Made by a program: the position numbers and the translations under genes. 64,000 nucleotides of DNA, from NCBI GenBank assembly GCA_016932855.1, contig JAFGCB010000025.1:118987-182986 (forward strand), given 5' to 3'. The notes beneath the pieces were generated by a model. The model saw only the letters and a program-made list of their open reading frames with translations, ran no database searches and was not told the DNA's origin. Positions 57,244 to 64,000 of the stretch are shown in pieces. The first letter of the stretch is position 1; each line of letters opens with the position of its first letter. The stretch is from Candidatus Omnitrophota bacterium. GTDB taxonomy: Bacteria > Omnitrophota > Gorgyraeia > Duberdicusellales > Duberdicusellaceae.

Positions 57244-58100
57244 TGAGAAAACCCGGCTGGCTTAACAAAAAAATAGATTTTTCCCGCCTGAGATTCGTTG
57301 AGAAAACGTTAAAGGATTTAAATCTTTATACCGTCTGCCAGGAAGCAAGATGTCCGAATATTTCCGAATGTTTTCATAAAAATATAGCTACATTTTTAAT
57401 TTTGGGTAATATCTGCACCAGAGATTGCAGCTTTTGCGGGGTACGAAAAGGCCGCCCCCTATCCCCGGATATTGATGAGCCTGAAAGGGTCGCCAGGGCG
57501 GTAAGGCGGTTGAATCTGCGTTTTGTGGTTATTACAAGCGTTTGTCGCGATGACCTGCAAGACCAAGGGGTGTCGTTTTTTATTGACACTATAAAAAAAA
57601 TCCGTAAATTAAATTCCGGCGTCGATATTGAAACCCTTATTCCTGACTTTTCCGGCGATACAAATCTGATAAGAGCCTTGACTAAAAGTAAACCGAAAAT
57701 AATAAACCATAACCTTGAAACTATAAAAAGGCTTTACCCCTTGCTTAGGAAAAAATCAAATTATCATCGATCACTTGATGTTTTGCATTTTATAAAGACG
57801 GCTTCTCCTGAAGTATATACCAAATCCGGTATAATGCTGGGCTTCGGTGAGAGGGAAGATGAAGTAGTGCGGCTTTTGCAGGATTTGAGAAAAGTTAAGT
57901 GTGATTTTCTAAGCATGGGACAGTATCTTGCACCGACTAAAGGACATTTTCCGGTAAAAAAGTACATAGAAAAGGAACAATTCGAAAAATATCAAAAAAT
58001 TGCATTAAAGTTAGGCTTTCGGCACGTAATAAGTTTTCCGTATGCCCGTAGTTCTTTCGCCGCCTCAAGTTACACAACCAGCAAATCGATTATAGATTAA
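57243..58100 (+). CDS. lipA: lipoyl synthase
   Basis: Track ORF starts at 57051, but the LipA sequence begins at MRKPGWL (ATG 57243, ATGA overlap with the upstream stop). CQEARCPNISEC auxiliary cluster and CTRDCSFC radical SAM cluster. Confidence 0.9.
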   Translation: MRKPGWLNKKIDFSRLRFVEKTLKDLNLYTVCQEARCPNISECFHKNIATFLILGNICTRDCSFCGVRKGRPLSPDIDEPERVARAVRRLNLRFVVITSVCRDDLQDQGVSFFIDTIKKIRKLNSGVDIETLIPDFSGDTNLIRALTKSKPKIINHNLETIKRLYPLLRKKSNYHRSLDVLHFIKTASPEVYTKSGIMLGFGEREDEVVRLLQDLRKVKCDFLSMGQYLAPTKGHFPVKKYIEKEQFEKYQKIALKLGFRHVISFPYARSSFAASSYTTSKSIID

Positions 58101-59114
58101 ATGGAGAAAATTTTCGTCCGATTTAAAACATTTATCGAAGAAAACAAACTCATACTCCCGGGAGAAAAACTTATTTTAGGAGTTTCAGGAGGCCCGGATT
58201 CGCTGTTTCTTTTTCACATGGCTCTTATGTTAAAAAACCACCAGAAAAACGAGTTCATAGTGGCGCATTTCAATCATCTTTTACGCAAAGAGGCTTCGCG
58301 GGAAGAGGAATACGTAAGATCTGTTTGTCAAAAAAACAATATTGCGCTCGTTAGCGAAAAAAAGGATGTCAGAAAATTGTTTAAAGGTGATTCGCTAGAG
58401 CAAACCGCGCGCAATTTGCGCTACGATTTTTTTCTTAAAACATCAAGGACTTATAAAATAAAAAAAGTTGTCCTTGCGCATCATAAAGACGACTTGATCG
58501 AGACAGTTCTTTTGCGGATGCTCAGAGGTTCCGGTCTTTCGGGCTTGCGAGGGATCCTGCCGATCTCAAAATACAAAAAGATTGTAGTGGTCCGGCCGCT
58601 TTTATTTCTTGAGAAAAAAGAAATAACCGCCTTTCTTACGGCTCGTGAGATAAAATACCTAGTGGACAAAAGTAATTTTCAGGAAGAATTCCTGCGGAAT
58701 AAAATACGGCTGAGGCTTCTGCCGGTCTTATCGAAGATTTCGAATTCCTACAAGGATAACCTTTATAATTTGGCAAAAAGCATTGGGTGGGACTACGATT
58801 TTATCCATAAACAGTCTTTGCTGGCCGTTCAAAGCGCGGTTTTGAAAGAATCTGCCAACATTTTCGAAATCAGCTTTGAAAAAATTGCCCATCTTCATAG
58901 ATCCTTATTGAACGGTTCTATCCGGATTTGCCTGGAGTGGACTAAAGGAAATTTAAGACGTGTTGATTCCAAGCATATAGATGAAATTATTGACTTAATT
59001 TTTGAGAGACCGGTTGGCTCAGTCGTGGACATCCCCGATCTTAAAATCACAAAAAAAGAAAAGTCCCTGGTTTTTCGTAAAATCGAGGCTAATTCAGGAC
59101 ATAAAACCATTTAA
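58101..59114 (+). CDS. tilS: tRNA(Ile)-lysidine synthetase
   Basis: 337 aa; PP-loop LGVSGGPDS, TilS N-terminal domain. Confidence 0.85.
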   Translation: MEKIFVRFKTFIEENKLILPGEKLILGVSGGPDSLFLFHMALMLKNHQKNEFIVAHFNHLLRKEASREEEYVRSVCQKNNIALVSEKKDVRKLFKGDSLEQTARNLRYDFFLKTSRTYKIKKVVLAHHKDDLIETVLLRMLRGSGLSGLRGILPISKYKKIVVVRPLLFLEKKEITAFLTAREIKYLVDKSNFQEEFLRNKIRLRLLPVLSKISNSYKDNLYNLAKSIGWDYDFIHKQSLLAVQSAVLKESANIFEISFEKIAHLHRSLLNGSIRICLEWTKGNLRRVDSKHIDEIIDLIFERPVGSVVDIPDLKITKKEKSLVFRKIEANSGHKTI

Positions 59115-59155
59115 TTTACTTGATTTTAATGCCTTTTAGGTTATAATTAACTATT

Positions 59156-61060
59156 ATGGCTGCCAAAAAATCTAGCGATAACAAAGGTAATCTTAAGCAA
59201 AATCAGCAGTTTCTTCGATCTCTTTTAATCTGGCTACTGGGGTTTTTTATAATAGTCCAGCTGATTGCTTTATTTTCCCAAGGGCTTAAAAATAAAGAGA
59301 CATTGTCATATAGCCAGTTTTACAATATTCTTAAAAATAACAACGAAAACCCTCTTATCTATTCAGTAAAAAAGACCGAAAATAAAATCGAAGGTCAGTT
59401 CTTGCCGATTGAACAAAATAAGTGGTTTCAAGTCTATGTTCCCGATGAAGATAAAGAACTTATTGAACTTCTTAAAAATAATGTGGAAAAATTTGAGGTT
59501 GAACCGCCCCAAACTTTCTGGGCCGGACTTTTTTATTCTTTGGCTCCGATTGTGCTTTTTATTTTCTTTTTGTGGTATTTTGCTTATCGGGGTTCAAAGC
59601 AGGTCGGCGGCAGTCTCTGGTCCTTTGGCAAAGTAAGAGGTAAGCTTATCGAGCAAGGCAAAACTAGAGTTACCTTTGAAGACGTTGCCGGGGTTGACGA
59701 GGCAAAAGAAGAGCTTAAGGAAGTTATCGAATTCCTAAAAGACCCTAAGCGTTTCCAGCGTCTGGGCGGAAAAATACCCAAAGGCGTATTATTGGTAGGG
59801 CCGCCTGGCTGTGGAAAAACTTTAATCGCTAAGGCAGTAGCCGGGGAGGCCGACGTTCCGTTTTTTAGTATAAGCGGCTCTGATTTCGTCGAGCTTTTCG
59901 TCGGCGTGGGTGCTTCGCGAGTAAGGGATCTTTTTGACCAGGCAAAAAAAGCGGCAAAAATTTCCACCAAGGGATGCATCGTGTTCATTGATGAAATAGA
60001 TGCTGTCGGCCGGCAGCGTTTCGCCGGCATCGGCGGCGGGCATGATGAACGCGAGCAGACATTAAACCAGCTCCTTGTCGATATGGACGGTTTCGCCCCT
60101 AATGAAGGGATAATTGTCATGGCGGCCACAAACAGACCTGATGTGCTGGATCCCGCTCTGTTACGGCCGGGACGCTTTGACAGGCATATCGTAATCGACA
60201 GGCCTGATATAAAAGGCCGCGAAGAAATCCTGAAGGTTCATACAAAAACGATAAAGTTAGATCAAGACGTCAACCTAAATTCCATTGCCCGTCAAACCCC
60301 TGGTTTTTCCGGGGCGGATTTAGCCAATCTTTGCAATGAAGGAGCCTTGCTTGCTGCCAGGAAAAATAAAGATACGGTAACCAGGGAAGAAGTCGAAGAG
60401 TCAATAGAGCGTGTTATGGCCGGACCGCAGAGAAAAAGCCGGATTATTTCAAAAAAGGAAAAAGAAATCGTGTCAATACATGAATCCGGTCACGCGCTTT
60501 TGTCGGTAGTCCTTTCTGATGTCGACCCTCTTCATAAAGTATCGATTATACCCCGGGGAGTAGGCGCTTTAGGCTATACCATGCAATTACCGCTTCAAGA
60601 CCGATATTTGTTGACCGAGCAGGAACTCTTTTCCCGGATCTGCGTTCTTTTGGCTGGCAGAGTTTCTGAAATTCTTGTTTTGGGAGAAATTTCTACCGGC
60701 GCGGAAAACGATTTAAGGATTGCGACTGATCTTGCCAGGAAAATGGTTACTGATTTTGGAATGAGCAAGCGGCTTGGGAGCCTGACTTTGGGAAAAAGAG
60801 ACGGCCCGGTATTTTTAGGCAAGGACCTGATTGACCAGAAAGATTACAGCGAAGAGACGGCTCGGATAATCGATGAAGAACTCAAAAGGATAATCGACGA
60901 AGCTTACAGTAAATCTGAAAATATTGTCAAAGACAATCTCGGAAAATTGAAGCTTTTAGCAGCTGCTCTGCTTGAAAAAGAAATACTGGATGCCGAAGAA
61001 GTGAAGAAAATCTTGGGATTCGAAAACAAAAACGATGATAATGCAAGCCCGCCTTCTTAA
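59156..61060 (+). CDS. ftsH: ATP-dependent zinc metalloprotease FtsH
   Basis: 634 aa; 2 TM, AAA+ ([18 protein letters not shown]), zinc site HESGHAL. Confidence 0.96.
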   Translation: MAAKKSSDNKGNLKQNQQFLRSLLIWLLGFFIIVQLIALFSQGLKNKETLSYSQFYNILKNNNENPLIYSVKKTENKIEGQFLPIEQNKWFQVYVPDEDKELIELLKNNVEKFEVEPPQTFWAGLFYSLAPIVLFIFFLWYFAYRGSKQVGGSLWSFGKVRGKLIEQGKTRVTFEDVAGVDEAKEELKEVIEFLKDPKRFQRLGGKIPKGVLLVGPPGCGKTLIAKAVAGEADVPFFSISGSDFVELFVGVGASRVRDLFDQAKKAAKISTKGCIVFIDEIDAVGRQRFAGIGGGHDEREQTLNQLLVDMDGFAPNEGIIVMAATNRPDVLDPALLRPGRFDRHIVIDRPDIKGREEILKVHTKTIKLDQDVNLNSIARQTPGFSGADLANLCNEGALLAARKNKDTVTREEVEESIERVMAGPQRKSRIISKKEKEIVSIHESGHALLSVVLSDVDPLHKVSIIPRGVGALGYTMQLPLQDRYLLTEQELFSRICVLLAGRVSEILVLGEISTGAENDLRIATDLARKMVTDFGMSKRLGSLTLGKRDGPVFLGKDLIDQKDYSEETARIIDEELKRIIDEAYSKSENIVKDNLGKLKLLAAALLEKEILDAEEVKKILGFENKNDDNASPPS

Positions 61061-62258
61061 TCAATCACATCAGCAAAATTTAGGCGATTTAATGCATGAT
61101 ATCGGGGTTGATAAATACGGAATCCGAATCATGCAACCTAAAGCAAATTTACGGGTTATTTATTTAGACAATATCGCCTCTTTTTCGGCAAATATTTTGA
61201 AGCAGGAAACTCTATCCCTGGGAGCGGATCTGGCCATACCCAGAGAGGCATTATTTACAAAAAAGCCAGTTCAATGCCTTTTATTTGCCACTGATTCCCA
61301 AATCGACAAATTACTTAAAAAAATTAAAAAGCAACCTTATTCTCTGCGTGAACTCGGCAGTTTAATAAAGGAATGTCTTGAAAATTCTAAACGCCGAAAA
61401 TTTCTAATTCAGGCCCGAGAACGTAAGCTAACCATTAATAAGCCCCTGATTATGGGCATACTTAATGTAACTTCCGATTCGTTCAGCGGAGACGGGCTTC
61501 TTAAGGCGCAAGACAAAAAACTTGCAATAAAGGACCTGGTTTTGAAAAGGGCGGATGAAATGATCCGTGAAGGAGCCGATTGGATTGATGTAGGCGGTGA
61601 ATCCACAAGGCCAGGAGCAAAGCCTCTGAAGCTAAAAGACGAACTGGCACGTGCAATCCCGGCCATAAAAACCATCAAAAAATATTTTCCTAAGATACCT
61701 ATTTCCATCGATACTTATAAGCCGGATGTGGCCAAAGAAGCGTTAGAGGAAGGCGCCTGCATTGTTAATGATATCACCGCTTTGCGAAGTGACCGTCTTG
61801 CGAAAACAGTCGCCAGAAAGAAAGCCGCGGTAATCCTTATGCATATGAAGGCAACTCCGTTAACTATGCAGCAAAAACCTTTCTATAACGATGTTTTAGC
61901 TGAGATTTATGGATTTTTGGATAAAGCTATCAGGCGCGCCGCTTCGTTCGGGATCGAAAAAGAGAAAACTATAATTGATGTAGGCATAGGCTTCGGCAAG
62001 CGCCTTGAGGATAACCTAAGACTAATGCGTTACCTTTACGAATTTAAAAGCTTAGGCAGGCCTATTCTAATCGGCACTTCCCGTAAGTCATTTATCGGCC
62101 AATTATTAAATAAAGCCAATCCCCAAGATCGGCTTATCGGTACAATCACAAGCATAGCAATAGGGATAATAAACGGGGCGAAAATCCTGCGAGTCCACGA
62201 TATACGCCAGGCTAAAGAAGCCGTTAAAATAGCCGATTCTATCATGTCGTTATGTTAG
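61035..62258 (+). CDS. folP: dihydropteroate synthase with ~135-aa N-terminal extension of unknown function
   Basis: 407 aa; C-terminal ~270 aa is DHPS (IMGILNVTSDSFSGDG, pterin-binding barrel); no internal start is available before the DHPS core except M140, so the extension appears to be translated. Confidence 0.8.
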   Translation: MIMQARLLNQSHQQNLGDLMHDIGVDKYGIRIMQPKANLRVIYLDNIASFSANILKQETLSLGADLAIPREALFTKKPVQCLLFATDSQIDKLLKKIKKQPYSLRELGSLIKECLENSKRRKFLIQARERKLTINKPLIMGILNVTSDSFSGDGLLKAQDKKLAIKDLVLKRADEMIREGADWIDVGGESTRPGAKPLKLKDELARAIPAIKTIKKYFPKIPISIDTYKPDVAKEALEEGACIVNDITALRSDRLAKTVARKKAAVILMHMKATPLTMQQKPFYNDVLAEIYGFLDKAIRRAASFGIEKEKTIIDVGIGFGKRLEDNLRLMRYLYEFKSLGRPILIGTSRKSFIGQLLNKANPQDRLIGTITSIAIGIINGAKILRVHDIRQAKEAVKIADSIMSLC

Positions 62259-63028
62259 AGGAATTGTTTTCGAAGATAACTTTAAATTGGCGGATCATTC
62301 TTGAAATAACCATTCTTTGGTTTGTTTTCTACAGAGTTTTACTCTTTTTAAAAGATACTAAGGCCGTATATGTAATACGCGGCATCTTTATTTTGATAGT
62401 CGCTTTTTTTGTTTTTCAAAAACTTAAGTTAAACAGTTTAAATTGGATACTTACTAAGATTTTTGCTCTTTCGGTAATCTCTTTAATGATTATTTTCCAG
62501 CCCGAGCTACGCCAGGGTCTTACCCGATTAGGTCAACAGCCTTTGCTCTATGCCGGTTTTCAAGAAGAAGAGATTGAAAACATCGTAAAGGAGGTAAGCT
62601 CCGCTGTAAGCATATTAGCGAAAAAAAGGGTCGGGGCACTGCTCGCGATTCAGCGCCAGATCGGACTTAAGAACTATGTGGAAAGCGGCGTACCCCTGGA
62701 CGCTCAAATTTCCTCTGAATTCATACAGTCGATATTCATGCCGGATTCTCCGCTTCATGATGGAGGACTGATTTTGGTCGGAGAGAGGATTGCCGCGGCA
62801 GCCTGCTTATTTCCCTTATCAGAAAATCCCGACATTGACAAAGCCTTAGGAATGCGGCATAGAGCGGGAATAGGCTTGTCTGAAGAAACCGACGCTTTGG
62901 TAATAATTGTTTCCGAGGAACGTTCTAATATTTCCCTGGCAATAAACGGCAGAATTACCCCGGATTTAAAAAAAGAGGATTTAATCACCATCCTTAAAGG
63001 CTTGCTTAAGAAGGGGCGAAAAAGATAA
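62252..63028 (+). CDS. cdaA: diadenylate cyclase CdaA (c-di-AMP synthase)
   Basis: 258 aa; 3 N-terminal TM, DisA_N/DAC domain with LHDGGLIL and GMRHRAGIGLSEETDALVIIVSEE. Confidence 0.9.
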   Translation: MLEELFSKITLNWRIILEITILWFVFYRVLLFLKDTKAVYVIRGIFILIVAFFVFQKLKLNSLNWILTKIFALSVISLMIIFQPELRQGLTRLGQQPLLYAGFQEEEIENIVKEVSSAVSILAKKRVGALLAIQRQIGLKNYVESGVPLDAQISSEFIQSIFMPDSPLHDGGLILVGERIAAAACLFPLSENPDIDKALGMRHRAGIGLSEETDALVIIVSEERSNISLAINGRITPDLKKEDLITILKGLLKKGRKR

Positions 63029-63030
63029 CA

Positions 63031-63144
63031 ATGAAATTAGTCTTTCTTATATCTAACATTTGGCTTAAGCTTGTATCACTTATCTTGGCAATCTTAACCT
63101 GGCTTTATGTTAACGGCGAGATTTCCAAGATAATTAAACCTTAA
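63031..63144 (+). pseudogene. 37-codon remnant resembling the N-terminal membrane anchor of CdaR (YbbR-domain regulator)
   Basis: MKLVFLISNIWLKLVSLILAILTWLYVNGEISKIIKP* starts 3 nt after the cdaA stop; sequence-level resemblance to CdaR N-terminal anchors; no YbbR domains follow; pdxJ begins at 63183. Confidence 0.4.
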
Positions 63145-63182
63145 AGCTTAGCAGTTTTTCAAAATCCCTTCTTACATTTGAA

Positions 63183-63896
63183 ATGAAATTAGGAATAAAC
63201 GTTGATCATGTCGCAACACTGCGGGAGGCCCGCAAAATCGTCGATTACCCTTCGCCTTTTAAGGCGGCGCTGACGGCACAGAAATCCGGAGCCGATTCTG
63301 TTGTCATCCACCTAAGAGAGGACAGGCGTCATATAAAAGATACGGACGCCATCTTGATCAAAAAAAAGCTTAAAATCAGCTTGAATCTGGAAATGTCGGT
63401 AAATCCCGAAATAGTTGATATCGCCACAAGACTCAAGCCTGATAAAGCGACTATAGTTCCGGAAAGACGTCAGGAGATAACTACCGAAGGTGGCTTTGAT
63501 TTATTCAAGGAAGAAAAAAAGCTAGTGAAGGCCTTAAAGAAGTTACGAAAATCCGGAATTTCCGTAAGTGTTTTTATCGACCCTTTGTCTTCCCAAATAA
63601 AGAAAGCCAAAGACTTAAGTATAGACGCCATCGAACTTCATACCGGAAAATTCTGCGAGGCGAAAACCGAAAAAAGCCGCAAGTATCAGTTTCAAAGAAT
63701 TTATCGCGCGGCAAAGCTCGCCCATGATCTTGGATTATTTGTGGCGGCTGGGCACGGCCTTAATTACAAAAACGTAAAGAAAATTGCCGGAATAAAATAT
63801 ATTAACGAGCTTAATATCGGTCACAGCATTATTTCTGAGTCTGTTTTCCTGGGATTGCCGGAAGCGATAAAAGCGATGCGGCGTCTCATCAACTAA
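63183..63896 (+). CDS. pdxJ: pyridoxine 5'-phosphate synthase
   Basis: 237 aa; GINVDHVATLR..R, PdxJ TIM barrel. Confidence 0.9.
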   Translation: MKLGINVDHVATLREARKIVDYPSPFKAALTAQKSGADSVVIHLREDRRHIKDTDAILIKKKLKISLNLEMSVNPEIVDIATRLKPDKATIVPERRQEITTEGGFDLFKEEKKLVKALKKLRKSGISVSVFIDPLSSQIKKAKDLSIDAIELHTGKFCEAKTEKSRKYQFQRIYRAAKLAHDLGLFVAAGHGLNYKNVKKIAGIKYINELNIGHSIISESVFLGLPEAIKAMRRLIN

Positions 63897-63960
63897 GAAG
63901 ACGCATTAATCAAGGTATGACAAAAACACAAAATTTCCTTATTAGATACCAAAAACTAAC

Positions 63961-64000
63961 CGCTAATCGCTATACGCTAAACGCTATACGCTAAACGCTA
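63961..64000. repeat. heptanucleotide tandem repeat (CGCTANN)x5.7, truncated by the window edge
   Basis: cgctaat cgctata cgctaaa cgctata cgctaaa cgcta read directly. Confidence 0.7.

Noticed and set aside
1-64000. CRISPR arrays, IS elements, integrases
   Set aside because: No regularly spaced direct repeats with unique spacers were seen. No transposase, integrase or recombinase-like ORFs were seen on either strand.

Overview
This 64-kb window is a chromosomal segment from a low-GC (roughly 40-45% by eye) bacterium. Surface-envelope genes such as SurA, DegP/HtrA, CtpA and fused SecDF, together with the surA-pdxA-ksgA gene order, point to a diderm cell plan. The phylum cannot be determined from sequence alone; an uncultivated lineage is possible.

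The first ~44 kb is mostly + strand, densely packed housekeeping genes:
- the tail of the ribosomal alpha operon (infA, rpmJ, rpsM, rpsK, rpsD, rpoA, rplQ);
- archaeal-type leuC/leuD with a pilT gene wedged between them, then a leuB-family dehydrogenase and mdh;
- hisC, an aromatic amino-acid block (DAHP synthase, tyrA), cmk, lepA, lepB, pgsA, plsY;
- recA, htrA, recX, alaS, then hisD-hisB-hisA-hisI and trpE/pabB;
- rpsP, yajC, secDF, an unusually short mfd, surA-like, pdxA and ksgA;
- a membrane protein with a degenerate GGDEF domain plus an HD-GYP domain on the minus strand;
- gatCAB, ctpA, tsaD, mgtC, a bactofilin fused to an HTH domain, a second membrane-anchored HTH protein, and larB/larC.

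A tRNA-Met (CAT) gene at 44.3 kb marks the start of an accessory stretch, ~44.3-55.9 kb:
- a 54-nt direct repeat of the tRNA 3' half brackets a 1.6-kb insert that encodes only a membrane TPR protein;
- next come a small orphan ORF and a CheY-like receiver gene broken by two frameshifts;
- then a cluster centred on c-di-GMP signalling: two PilZ-led operons of small secreted, membrane and unknown proteins, three single-domain receivers, a hybrid receiver-histidine kinase, a receiver-degenerate-GGDEF-MshEN-like effector, and a B12-binding radical SAM protein.

Housekeeping resumes with gcvH-lipM-lipA, tilS, ftsH, a folP carrying an N-terminal extension, cdaA followed by a 37-codon cdaR-like stub, and pdxJ. 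The window ends inside a heptamer tandem repeat.

No CRISPR array, rRNA gene, transposase or integrase was seen. The best candidates for an undescribed system are the PilZ-led small-protein operons in the c-di-GMP locus and the bactofilin-HTH / HTH-membrane pair with its tandem octamer operator-like array.
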